Source of the DNA: Escherichia coli phage vB_EcoS_Ace | Direction: 5' to 3' (one strand) | DNA: 64,000 bases | Sequence record: MT833283.1 | Shown here: positions 29,096 through 37,341 of the stretch, one piece after another | How positions within the stretch are numbered: the first letter of the stretch is position 1 | How the letters are laid out: every line of letters begins with the position of its first letter | Translations under genes and position numbers: made by a program | The notes under the pieces: model-generated | Seen by the model: the letters and a program-made list of their open reading frames with translations, nothing else | What the model was told of the DNA's origin: nothing | Database searches by the model: none

Positions 29096-29171
29096 TGGCT
29101 GGAGAAGGAGGAATCGAACCTACCATTAACGGAGTCAAAGGCCGTTGTGCTAACCGTTACACTACTCTCCA
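29096..29171 (-). tRNA. tRNA-Gln (UUG)
   Basis: cloverleaf by hand; U1-A72, G73; anticodon loop CTTTGAC. Confidence 0.55.
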
Positions 29172-29177
29172 ATTGTT

Positions 29178-29253
29178 TGGCTGGGATGCCACGGATCGAA
29201 CGTGGAACCTTCGGAGTCAGAGGCCGACGATCTGCCAATTGATCTACATCCCA
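29178..29253 (-). tRNA. tRNA-Gln (CUG)
   Basis: cloverleaf by hand; U1-A72, G73; anticodon loop CTCTGAC. Confidence 0.55.
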
Positions 29254-29260
29254 ATAATTT

Positions 29261-29461
29261 TTATTCTACAGGAACCGTGGCAATTGGATCTGGTTCTTCT
29301 AGACGTTTACCATTATGGTCAACACGAATAATACCACAACCTTCACAGATTACAACAGCACCATAGCCTTCTTTAACTTCGGCTTCTGTAATCAGACCAG
29401 AAAGATCACCAGTATCTTTGCCCCACATATCGATAGAGCATTCTTTGCAGAAATCAGCCAT
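29261..29461 (-). CDS. Cys-rich small protein (66 aa)
   Basis: CKEC...CEGC pairs. Confidence 0.4.
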   Translation of the reverse strand: MADFCKECSIDMWGKDTGDLSGLITEAEVKEGYGAVVICEGCGIIRVDHNGKRLEEPDPIATVPVE

Positions 29462-29485
29462 ATTTTAGTTCCTGTATAAGTTAAT

Positions 29486-29560
29486 TGGTGCATCCTCAGG
29501 GAATCGAACCCCGATCGTAAAGTTCGTAGCTTTACATTCTTTCCGTTGAAATAAGGACGC
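29486..29560 (-). tRNA. tRNA-Arg (ACG)
   Basis: cloverleaf by hand; anticodon arm GTAAAG-CTACGAA-CTTTAC. Confidence 0.6.
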
Positions 29561-29565
29561 ATATT

Positions 29566-29642
29566 TGGGGTGGCTAGTGGAATTCGAATCCACATAGGCC
29601 TGATTCACAATCAGGATCATTAACCAATTATGATATAGCCAC
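29566..29642 (-). tRNA. tRNA-His (GUG)
   Basis: cloverleaf by hand; anticodon arm CCTGA-TTGTGAA-TCAGG; discriminator C. Confidence 0.6.
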
Positions 29643-30007
29643 AATTGAAAACTCGCAGGGTTAGCGAAACCATCCTCAAATAGCATTTTCTAGAATACTA
29701 ATCAAGTTATCTCCTATTGCACGCAGCTCAAGACGAGTACGAATTTTCAATTGTGGCGGCTCTCCGAAACTCTTCTACTCTAGCCTTAGCAGCTTACTCC
29801 CGAACGCATGTCGGGAAAGTCTTACTAAGAGCATCAAATAGCACCGTTACTCTTTGAGCCATTGAATATCAAGAAGCAGAAGGACTTGAACCTTCACGAG
29901 ATAGACCATTTATCTCAGCCTCGTTTTCGGGTATCTTATGAGGAGTGGATGTTCCCCTTACGCCCTTTAGGAAGCCCCGTCTACCGATTCCGGCATACTT
30001 CAAGATT

Positions 30008-30097
30008 TGGCAGAAGATAATGGAGTCGAACCATCACCATATCACTACAGCGGGCCGGTTTTCAAGACCGGTTACGTACCACTACGTCCTATCTTCT
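30008..30097 (-). tRNA. tRNA-Ser (UGA), class II
   Basis: long variable arm; anticodon arm CCGGT-CTTGAAA-ACCGG; acceptor AGAAGAT/ATCTTCT. Confidence 0.6.
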
Positions 30098-30452
30098 ATT
30101 GTTCGTATATTACAAAGTTTACAGATTCAGAGTAATAACCATTACTAGAACCATGCCATTTAACGGTTACACAGCCTTTAGCTGTGGCAAACTTATACCA
30201 TGTATGGGTTACTGAATCCCAATCTTCTGTAGCGTGTGTGATTACTTCCTCTGCTTCTATGATTGGATAACCTAAAAGGTCATGTAAATCACCAATAATA
30301 TCATCTATATGAACATCTTCACAGCAGTCCTGCTCATGATAAAACTTATAGTTCTTACCATCAGTACAAATGAAGATAAGAGTATCCTGGTCTTGGCATA
30401 CACTAGTAAAAATTTTGCCAAGCATTTCATTATAGATTGTCACTTCTGACAT
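30096..30452 (-). CDS. hypothetical protein (118 aa)
   Basis: ORF in track. Confidence 0.45.
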   Translation of the reverse strand: MSEVTIYNEMLGKIFTSVCQDQDTLIFICTDGKNYKFYHEQDCCEDVHIDDIIGDLHDLLGYPIIEAEEVITHATEDWDSVTHTWYKFATAKGCVTVKWHGSSNGYYSESVNFVIYEQ

Positions 30453-30474
30453 ATTAGTTTCCTAGTAAGTTGTT

Positions 30475-30566
30475 TGGCGGAAGAAGAGAGATTCGAACTC
30501 TCAAGCCTGCTTTCACAAGTCAGCCACTTTCCAAGCGGTTTTCGTCACCTATCGATTTGCTCTTCC
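30475..30566 (-). tRNA. class II tRNA, probably tRNA-Ser (GGA)
   Basis: acceptor and T-arm clear; anticodon arm assignment (loop TTGGAAA) tentative; atypical D-arm. Confidence 0.4.
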
Positions 30567-30745
30567 GTAGATCTCAGGATTAAATCATAAACTTCATTAG
30601 CGGATACTGGAAGTATGAGATTATACATCTTTTGGTCATACCTCTGACCATACTCTATAAACACATACTCTTTAGTTAATGTATTAACAGCTAACCAGAT
30701 ATCAGTTATAGGAGTTATAGGAGTTTTCATCATGAGTTGATCCAA
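30545..30745 (-). CDS. hypothetical protein (66 aa)
   Basis: ORF in track. Confidence 0.4.
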   Translation of the reverse strand: MDQLMMKTPITPITDIWLAVNTLTKEYVFIEYGQRYDQKMYNLILPVSANEVYDLILRSTEEQIDR

Positions 30746-30749
30746 TGTT

Positions 30750-30830
30750 TGGTAGGGATGGAGGGACTCGAACCCACACCCGAAGACTAGAACCTAAATC
30801 TAGCGCGTCTGCCAATTTCGCCACATCCCC
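30750..30830 (-). tRNA. tRNA-Leu (UAG) with short UUCG-type variable hairpin
   Basis: anticodon arm CTAGA-TTTAGGT-TCTAG; A73; 81 nt. Confidence 0.5.
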
Positions 30831-30837
30831 ATTTGTT

Positions 30838-30913
30838 TGGTGGAGTCACTCAGAATTGAACTGAGTTCCACTGCTTGCAAGGCAGTAAGTTTAACCAAAT
30901 AACCTATGACCCC
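30838..30913 (-). tRNA. tRNA-Ala (UGC)
   Basis: G3-U70 wobble; anticodon loop CTTGCAA. Confidence 0.6.
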
Positions 30914-30918
30914 GAATT

Positions 30919-30997
30919 TGGTGGAGAATAAGAGATTCGAACTCTTCTGATATCCTCGGTGCAAGCGAGGTGTCCACTCCAAGCAGACCCATTCCCC
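30919..30997 (-). tRNA. second tRNA-Ala (UGC)-like
   Basis: G3-U70; anticodon arm CCTCG-CTTGCAC-CGAGG; 7-nt variable loop. Confidence 0.45.
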
Positions 30998-31006
30998 AAA
31001 ATTTAT

Positions 31007-31270
31007 TTATTCTCTATACATATCGAGAACAGTTGCTACAATCTGAGCTTCTAGCCTAGCAATATCTTTATTCACTATATCAGATTCTACTACTAAGTGA
31101 TTATATATTGCTTCAGTTTTAGCAAGATCTACATCAGATAGTTTATTAAGACTATTATAATACTTAGCATTATTGCAACGTTTCTTCGTATCGGAAACTC
31201 GTTTATGGAGTGTTCTTTGTTGATAACGTTGCGACATTAGTTTCTTAGCCATATCTTTAAGATCAAACAT
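31007..31270 (-). CDS. hypothetical protein (87 aa)
   Basis: ORF in track; fed by promoter 31513-31541 through a ~235-nt leader. Confidence 0.45.
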   Translation of the reverse strand: MFDLKDMAKKLMSQRYQQRTLHKRVSDTKKRCNNAKYYNSLNKLSDVDLAKTEAIYNHLVVESDIVNKDIARLEAQIVATVLDMYRE

Positions 31271-31512
31271 AGATATTCCTTCTAGTTTACTAAGGCTATT
31301 AGCTCGGTGTGCGTATTACCCTCAGACATTAGCCAGTAGAGTATAACCGCTCTTCACAAACCCGATACACTATTCAGTTGCCACTGAATCTAGTGGACTA
31401 ATCTAGAACTTCTCCCAAGTCGTAGGGATCGTGCTTTTGGCAGCCAGCCCTAGGTCGAGCTAATACCTTAGTGAACTTTGATGAGGATTTCTCCTCATCA
31501 ATTTATATAAAT

Positions 31513-31541
31513 ATTATAACAAGAAATTAAGCATCAAGCAA
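31513..31541 (-). promoter_or_regulatory. sigma70 promoter (TATAAT / TTGCTT)
   Basis: minus strand; 17-bp spacer; overlaps 3' end of ORF 31534..31893. Confidence 0.55.
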
Positions 31542-31893
31542 GTACATTTTTAGCAATTTCTTGTAGTTCCTTAACGTCGCTAACGAAAAGGTAATCAGAG
31601 CTTCCAGAGTGCATACTCTGCATAACCACACCATCCTCTGGTGCATCTTCCTTCAAAGTAAGTCCTAACCAGAACTCGGCAAAACTAGGTGTTACCTCAC
31701 CTTGACTTGCCTTGAACACATCACCTTCTGTGATCTCTTGACCAGTAGAGAGTCCCATGTATGGTACGTTCAGATCAATATCTTTGTAGAATTCAGCTAG
31801 ATCTTGTTCGAAGTCCCAACCTTTAGAGATAGCGAACTCCATTGTTACATGACCGAAATAGCCTTGAACCTTGCTTGATAATTGCATTTGCAA
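31534..31893 (-). CDS. hypothetical protein (119 aa)
   Basis: ORF in track. Confidence 0.5.
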   Translation of the reverse strand: MQMQLSSKVQGYFGHVTMEFAISKGWDFEQDLAEFYKDIDLNVPYMGLSTGQEITEGDVFKASQGEVTPSFAEFWLGLTLKEDAPEDGVVMQSMHSGSSDYLFVSDVKELQEIAKNVLA

Positions 31894-31911
31894 TTCCTTA
31901 TTTTGAGTTAA

Positions 31912-31985
31912 TTGGTACTCGGTGATAGAATCGAACTATCGCAACCGCCGTGTAAAGACGGGGTTCTACCATTAAACTAACCGAG
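31912..31985 (-). tRNA. tRNA-Val (UAC)
   Basis: cloverleaf by hand; anticodon loop TTTACAC. Confidence 0.6.
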
Positions 31986-31989
31986 CAAT

Positions 31990-32067
31990 TTGGTGGATTG
32001 CCTGGGATTCGAACCCAGAACTGACGGATTAAAGGTCCGCTACTCTTATCCAGTTGAGCTAGCAATC
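31990..32067 (-). tRNA. tRNA-Lys (UUU)
   Basis: anticodon loop CCTTTAA (C at position 33). Confidence 0.55.
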
Positions 32068-32700
32068 CAATTTTTCTACTAATAATTTAAAAGCATCTAG
32101 TACAGGTACTTCAAACCACTCTCCAGATACTCTATAATCTTTAAGAAGATTATGTAATTCTTTCTCTGTACGTCTTTTATCCGACGAAAATCTGAAATGG
32201 TATAGCTTGTAGTCTCTATTAGGTGAATAAGTTTGATAACTTGCTAACCTCTCATTCACATCTATAGTCATACCTATTTTATACATGCCTGGCCATGCTG
32301 GATTACCAATTACATATATAAAACCTTCCGTTATAGGTATTTTATGCTCCCTTTTATACTTTAAGAGATTTAAGGCTGCCATTCGATAACAGAATCTAAA
32401 CTCTGAAGTTTTTAACTTACCTTCTTTACCCGAAATTTCGTTATATTTGCTCATATAAGCTCTTATGAGCTTATCATCTATAATGAAGTTATCAGGAAGG
32501 TTTAAGGCAGCTAAAACTTTATTAATTAGCATAGACTTCCTTAATAGAGTATCCTTAATAGAGTAGACTTTCAAGTAAGGATGATTGATTCCTAATTCCG
32601 CCATCACTTCGTTTTTATCTTTACCGTAATGGGCTAGTGGATACTTCTTACGATCTTTGCTAGATCGTAGATCACTTACCTTTAAACGAAATAATTTCAT
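32059..32700 (-). CDS. T5orf172-domain protein (GIY-YIG-like), putative homing endonuclease
   Basis: GFIYVIGN...YKIGMT motif; paralog of ORF 35847..36377; embedded in tRNA cluster. Confidence 0.6.
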   Translation of the reverse strand: MKLFRLKVSDLRSSKDRKKYPLAHYGKDKNEVMAELGINHPYLKVYSIKDTLLRKSMLINKVLAALNLPDNFIIDDKLIRAYMSKYNEISGKEGKLKTSEFRFCYRMAALNLLKYKREHKIPITEGFIYVIGNPAWPGMYKIGMTIDVNERLASYQTYSPNRDYKLYHFRFSSDKRRTEKELHNLLKDYRVSGEWFEVPVLDAFKLLVEKLDC

Positions 32701-32721
32701 TTCGAAATCCTTCTATTAAAT

Positions 32722-32799
32722 TGGAAGCGGGTGTAGGAATCGAACCTACCTCTTTCTAGCTTATGAGACTAGCGATCTCTACCAAAGATCTAACCCGCA
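32722..32799 (-). tRNA. tRNA-Met (CAU), possibly initiator-like
   Basis: anticodon loop CTCATAA; U1-U72 mismatch at top of acceptor stem. Confidence 0.55.
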
Positions 32800-32805
32800 A
32801 TTGTT

Positions 32806-32882
32806 TGGTCTCCAATGAAGGACTCGAACCTTCAACCCCACCGCCCCAAACGGTGTACTCTAGCCAATTGAGCTAATCGGAG
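32806..32882 (-). tRNA. tRNA-Pro (UGG)
   Basis: anticodon arm CACCG-TTTGGGG-CGGTG. Confidence 0.6.
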
Positions 32883-32891
32883 AATATTATT

Positions 32892-33089
32892 TTATTGTGG
32901 TGGAATATTAATATTCCGTCCATCTATGCAGTAAATGGTACTAGGAATTGTAGAGTGTATACTGAAGTTTTGTATTTTACTCTCTCCACCACAGAAATTT
33001 TTTGCAAATTCATACTCCTTGTTAATGGTTGAATCAAATTTAAAGCAACCAGTGAGTAAGAATACAGATAGTAACATAACTTTTTTCAT
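32892..33089 (-). CDS. small lipoprotein (65 aa)
   Basis: signal peptide with lipobox LTGC. Confidence 0.45.
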   Translation of the reverse strand: MKKVMLLSVFLLTGCFKFDSTINKEYEFAKNFCGGESKIQNFSIHSTIPSTIYCIDGRNINIPPQ

Positions 33090-33121
33090 TTTGCTTTCCT
33101 TCTCAACACTTTATAAGATAT

Positions 33122-33150
33122 ATTATACAGAGAATTAAGCAAAATAGCAA
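33122..33150 (-). promoter_or_regulatory. sigma70 promoter (TATAAT / TTGCTA)
   Basis: minus strand; 17-bp spacer. Confidence 0.6.
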
Positions 33151-33408
33151 ATGAATTTTTAATAAATTTACTTATTGCGTAGGCCACCTGGAGGGTTCAA
33201 GCCCCACGTCTGACAAAGAAGTTTGCGAGACTTCTCTTAAACGCCAGAATAGACCCGCCGATCTATCGGAACCTACTCAATAAGTAAACTTTCGTTTACC
33301 TACACCTACCTGGTCGGGAGGATTTTCAGCTACTAGAACCGGCCGGAAACTCATCGCCTTGTTTACCTTGTAGTCCCACTATAAGTGACGCGACCTACAA
33401 AGATTTTG

Positions 33409-33479
33409 TGCGGTCGGAGGGAATCGAACCCTCAACTTCTGGTTGGCAACCAAAAATTATACCTTTTAACTACGAACGC
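33409..33479 (-). tRNA. tRNA-Gly (GCC)
   Basis: anticodon arm TTTGG-TTGCCAA-CCAGA; one acceptor mismatch; CCA not encoded. Confidence 0.5.
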
Positions 33480-33692
33480 ATAATGAGTCAATCTAGGTAG
33501 GACTTGAACCTACTATCACTTGTGCGGATTTACGAGAACCATTCTTTCACTCGAATCGAACGAGCTTCTACCCTCGGCAAGCTGGTGTCCCCTCTCCACC
33601 ACGCTAGAATGATAATTAATGCCTGCTCCTTTGAATCAAGAAGTCCACCCCGGACTTTGGGTCTTTGCAGTACATCACGCTGCTCTGATGTT

Positions 33693-33769
33693 TGGTACAC
33701 CCACTAGGACTTGAACCTAGAACCTACCGCTTAAGAGGCGGTAGCTCTAACCAATTGAGCTATGGATGT
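33693..33769 (-). tRNA. tRNA-Lys (CUU)
   Basis: anticodon arm ACCGC-CTCTTAA-GCGGT. Confidence 0.6.
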
Positions 33770-33775
33770 ATAATT

Positions 33776-33850
33776 TGGCGGTACTAAGGGTAATCGAAAC
33801 CCTACCTCTCCCGTGACAGGGGAGTATCCTAACCGTTAGACTATAGTACC
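33776..33850 (-). tRNA. tRNA-Asp (GUC)
   Basis: anticodon arm CTCCC-CTGTCAC-GGGAG. Confidence 0.65.
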
Positions 33851-34371
33851 TTTAACTTTTTAAGTTCTTTAGGATTGCCTCCTAAAGAAGTGTATCTTTT
33901 ACGCAACCCATTATCTGAATAACTTAACTTTCTCCCTGCACCTGACCAGCCTAGCTCTCTTACTGTAACCTCGATTATTTCTTTAGTTATAGAGATATCT
34001 TTTGGTTTATGTGAAGAGCACTCCTGACATTTTTCAGCTTTTAAAGAAATAGCTTTACCACAATCCTTACAACAATTATCATGGTTTAGTTTACTAAATC
34101 CTTTATCTTTTAAAGTCTTTTCTAGATGCTGCTCTTTTGTGAGCACTTGTAAGTTATTAAGACCCCAATAAGTAATGTCTGTGTTAATATGGTCAACTTC
34201 TAGTTCAGAGTCTAGACTTGGTAATTTCTTAAATGCACATGCTAAAATCCTATGTACACCAGTATTTCTCTGTTGACCATTTTTATGGAGACGTATAGAT
34301 AAGTATCCGTAATTACTGGTTATTGGGGTTAGTATTTTGTTTGATTTGATACTAAATACTAACCCATCCAA
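33841..34371 (-). CDS. HNH homing endonuclease (176 aa)
   Basis: HNH motif (VHRILACAF...EVDHIN...N...H); within tRNA cluster, as for T5 F-Tfl endonucleases as recalled. Confidence 0.65.
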   Translation of the reverse strand: MDGLVFSIKSNKILTPITSNYGYLSIRLHKNGQQRNTGVHRILACAFKKLPSLDSELEVDHINTDITYWGLNNLQVLTKEQHLEKTLKDKGFSKLNHDNCCKDCGKAISLKAEKCQECSSHKPKDISITKEIIEVTVRELGWSGAGRKLSYSDNGLRKRYTSLGGNPKELKKLKVL

Positions 34372-34425
34372 ACTTACTAAGTACTTCTCAAACCCTGGAA
34401 TGGGTAAGGATATTCAGTGCATAAT

Positions 34426-34611
34426 TTACTCAGTTTTGAGTTTTTCGATAGCTTCCTCAACCTCTTTTAGAGCTTCACGACGCTCTACTTGACCTTGAAG
34501 TTCTTCAAGAAGTTCAGCTTTCAGAGCCTTAATAATATTACCACGAACCTTAATATTATTAATCAGATTATCACGATCAGCTTCTAGTCGAGCAATTGCA
34601 CGAGTTGTCAT
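34426..34611 (-). CDS. coiled-coil protein (61 aa)
   Basis: ORF in track. Confidence 0.35.
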   Translation of the reverse strand: MTTRAIARLEADRDNLINNIKVRGNIIKALKAELLEELQGQVERREALKEVEEAIEKLKTE

Positions 34612-34714
34612 ATCTATTTCCTCAGTTGTTAATGAAAAATGGTATCTGTGACTGAATTCGATATCAGCAATGATAGCTGGTTGGCTACCGGTTTACTTAA
34701 CTCTACACAGAATA

Positions 34715-34797
34715 TGGCGGGCCGTGTAGGATTCGAACCTACGTTGTCTTTCGACATGGATTAACAGTCCACCGCCAAACCGCTTGGCTAACGACCC
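34715..34797 (-). tRNA. class II-like tRNA with anticodon GUU (Asn)
   Basis: 3-bp D-stem and 13-nt variable hairpin (Tyr-like scaffold) but anticodon loop CTGTTAA and discriminator G. Confidence 0.45.
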
Positions 34798-34804
34798 TAA
34801 AATT

Positions 34805-34880
34805 TGGACGACCGCATGAGATTCGAACTCACATAAGGAGGTTTTGCAGGCCTCCGCCTAAGCCATTCAGCCAACGGTCG
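34805..34880 (-). tRNA. tRNA-Cys (GCA)
   Basis: anticodon loop CTGCAAA. Confidence 0.55.
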
Positions 34881-35058
34881 ATTTATCTTGCTTTTCGAGA
34901 TTAGTAAACTCTAGATCTATAGAATGTCCTATAGATCTAGCATAATAGCCATCTCCAGCATCATAGCCTGACTTACCACACTCACACATCTTAAACTCTC
35001 TATAACGAGTGAAAATATGTTCAGAACCACAACACTTAAATTTAACTAACATTTTCAT
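34867..35058 (-). CDS. Cys-containing small protein (63 aa)
   Basis: ORF in track; CC...CEC motif. Confidence 0.4.
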   Translation of the reverse strand: MKMLVKFKCCGSEHIFTRYREFKMCECGKSGYDAGDGYYARSIGHSIDLEFTNLEKQDKSTVG

Positions 35059-35297
35059 TTAACACGCTCCGGTAAATCTTCGAGTTTATATTGAGTAGCC
35101 ACATTAGCAGCATCTAGTAACAAACCCATATGTTTAAGAATCCTAGTGATAGCCTCGCCTTCTGCTTCTTCTACAAAAGTGCGTAGTTGAATGAAGTCAA
35201 TACCACCATCCATACCAGAGAAAATGTTAAGTAAGCGAAGCATTACCAGCTTACGTTCTTTCAGTTCTTGTTCTATCATGTTGCTTCTCCAGTTCAA
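35055..35297 (-). CDS. hypothetical protein (80 aa)
   Basis: ORF in track; promoter cassette upstream. Confidence 0.5.
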   Translation of the reverse strand: MNWRSNMIEQELKERKLVMLRLLNIFSGMDGGIDFIQLRTFVEEAEGEAITRILKHMGLLLDAANVATQYKLEDLPERVK

Positions 35298-35308
35298 TTT
35301 ATGTAATA

Positions 35309-35337
35309 ATTATACAGAACTTTAAGGATTTAAGCAA
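35309..35337 (-). promoter_or_regulatory. sigma70 promoter (TATAAT / TTGCTT)
   Basis: minus strand; 17-bp spacer. Confidence 0.6.
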
Positions 35338-35668
35338 CTACATTTTTCAGAAATTTGATGCCTTTCTTACACTTCTTATACCACCACGTCTTAGAGTTTT
35401 GTCGATTATGAACGCTTGAGATCTTCGCCTCATTAAAGTGCTTCAAAAGCATATAATCAGCCCCTAATTGCTCAAGTGGAATGTGATCTCCACTAGAATC
35501 ATAAACATAAGGCCGTTGATTAGCTCTGTAGTGATATACCTTATTAATCCGGCGTTTAAGCAAAGGACTAGTACAGTATATAAAGAAGTTTTTAGGATGC
35601 ATCAGCATCTCCTTCAAAATTGGTGCACCCCGTTGGTAACGATCCAACCTCTCAAGCTCTTCAGGCAA
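35330..35668 (-). CDS. hypothetical protein (112 aa)
   Basis: ORF in track. Confidence 0.45.
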   Translation of the reverse strand: MPEELERLDRYQRGAPILKEMLMHPKNFFIYCTSPLLKRRINKVYHYRANQRPYVYDSSGDHIPLEQLGADYMLLKHFNEAKISSVHNRQNSKTWWYKKCKKGIKFLKNVVA

Positions 35669-35786
35669 GCGCTAATCCATCTCAGCTAAAGGTGCAAATA
35701 TTGGCAAACCTACTAGGACTCGAACCTAGACCGTACGGTTTTGGAGACCGACATGCTGTCCAGTAACACTCTAGGAATGCAGAAAT

Positions 35787-35861
35787 TGGTATTCTCACAC
35801 GGATTCGAACCGAGATTTCTGGAGTGAAGTTCCAGTGACCTAACCATTAGTCGATGAGAAC
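35787..35861 (-). tRNA. tRNA-Glu (UUC)
   Basis: anticodon arm CTGGA-ACTTCAC-TCCAG; one T-stem mismatch. Confidence 0.5.
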
Positions 35862-36377
35862 ATTATATTCTTTTGCTTTCTCTAATTTTAGAAAAGACTT
35901 TAATTCTTCTAAGTTAATTATATTAAACCATTCACCTTCTAGTGCAAAAGGTTTAAGAAACTTATGTATTTTTGATTCTACCGCACGTCTATCGGAGTAG
36001 AATTGATAGTGCTCCAGAGTAAAATCTCTGTAAGGACTATATGTTTGATATGACCTCAGTCTTTCATGGACATTTACTGTCATACCTATTTTGTAACAAT
36101 TAGGCCATGCTTTATTGCCAATAACATATACCATACCTTCATACACAGGTAATTTATGCGCTTGTTTATACTGAATAAGATTTAAAGCAGAAATTCTATC
36201 ATACTGCATTATTCTTTTAGTATTCTTCTTTTCAGTACAAGTACCTTTTATCTCATTATAGATTTCTCGATATTTAGCAAGTAAATCTACATCAATAACA
36301 AAAGGTATAGTAGGAGAGATAATATCTCTTTCCTCCATAGCGCTAATTACTATTTTTGGTATATCTGGTATTGCCAT
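35847..36377 (-). CDS. T5orf172-domain protein (GIY-YIG-like), putative homing endonuclease
   Basis: EGMVYVIGN...YKIGMT...GEWF motifs; paralog of 32059..32700. Confidence 0.6.
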   Translation of the reverse strand: MAIPDIPKIVISAMEERDIISPTIPFVIDVDLLAKYREIYNEIKGTCTEKKNTKRIMQYDRISALNLIQYKQAHKLPVYEGMVYVIGNKAWPNCYKIGMTVNVHERLRSYQTYSPYRDFTLEHYQFYSDRRAVESKIHKFLKPFALEGEWFNIINLEELKSFLKLEKAKEYNVLID

Positions 36378-36398
36378 TTTTAGACCTTAGTTAAATTT

Positions 36399-36486
36399 GG
36401 TGGGCGTTAATGGAGTCGAACCACTCGAGTCGCAATGACCAGGGATTTACAATCCCCTCCGCTACCACTTACGGAATAAACGCCCA
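36399..36486 (-). tRNA. tRNA-Tyr (GUA), class II
   Basis: long variable arm; anticodon arm GGGGA-TTGTAAA-TCCCT; A73. Confidence 0.6.
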
Positions 36487-36616
36487 TATTTAGAAGTATT
36501 CAAAAAATTCTCATTTAAACACTTTTAAATATGTTTCCAAATTAGATAACTATTATATCAAGTTTTATGGCACTGAGCAAGTCAGATTTTAAAGAACTTG
36601 CTCAGTGCTGTATTAG

Positions 36617-36892
36617 TTAGTCGAACTTAGGAGTGACAGTTAAGGAGAACGGAAGTTCAAAAACTTCTTCACCCTCATCACTAACAGTGATTACCCGACC
36701 CTCTAACTTATTCATGCTAATCTCAACATCAGCCGTAGCATCTGGAGCCATGCCAGCTTCAACACATTTAGCTTTAATTTCCGGCAGAAGTTCTACATCA
36801 TAGAAATAAAGCCATTCAATCTCACCTTCCCAGCCTTCCCAGGATTTACAGATTGCACTTTCAATACCAGTTGTTATAACACGATTTTGCAT
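36617..36892 (-). CDS. hypothetical protein (91 aa)
   Basis: ORF in track; promoter cassette upstream. Confidence 0.5.
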   Translation of the reverse strand: MQNRVITTGIESAICKSWEGWEGEIEWLYFYDVELLPEIKAKCVEAGMAPDATADVEISMNKLEGRVITVSDEGEEVFELPFSLTVTPKFD

Positions 36893-36922
36893 TCGTTAAC
36901 TCCTTCATCAATTTATATAACT

Positions 36923-36952
36923 ATTATAACAGAAATCTTAAGTAAAAAGCAA
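36923..36952 (-). promoter_or_regulatory. sigma70 promoter (TATAAT / TTGCTT, 18-bp spacer)
   Basis: minus strand. Confidence 0.55.
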
Positions 36953-36982
36953 GTACATTTTTAAAATTTCTGCTTGGAGGAG

Positions 36983-37255
36983 TTAAACTCCTGATTCTTC
37001 AGCCAGATCAAGCCCAACCAACGTGATTGCCATAATAGCCGCGCCATGTTCCTTCTCTCCTAGCTCTTTAGCTTGAGTGAGAATATTGAGGAATTGCTTT
37101 TGAAAATCTGTAACTTCTTCTGTCATGCCTGCTTCAGCAATAATTCCTTTCAGCATAAAGCGTTGTGCCGTAATTTCAGGATTAGCCATTTGTTTTCTCC
37201 AGTTATTTAGAATGTAAGCCAAACTTAGGATCATAGCGATCATAAGTCGTACCAT
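36983..37255 (-). CDS. hypothetical protein (90 aa)
   Basis: ORF in track. Confidence 0.45.
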   Translation of the reverse strand: MVRLMIAMILSLAYILNNWRKQMANPEITAQRFMLKGIIAEAGMTEEVTDFQKQFLNILTQAKELGEKEHGAAIMAITLVGLDLAEESGV

Positions 37256-37341
37256 TAGTTGAAGCCTTGATGCTATGAAAACGACAGTACATAAATTTAC
37301 GTAGTGCTTTATTAATAGCTTTCATTTTATTTCCTTTTATT

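Noticed and set aside
29865-29960. Complete class II tRNA around the T-arm at 29877-29895
   Set aside because: No 5' acceptor strand complementary to TGCTTCT could be found even with G-U pairs; kept only as an orphan T-arm.
27880-30148. Short track ORFs at 27880..28077, 28950..29138, 29014..29331, 29392..29595, 29465..29686 and 29945..30148
   Set aside because: They overlap well-folded tRNA genes and lack translation signals.
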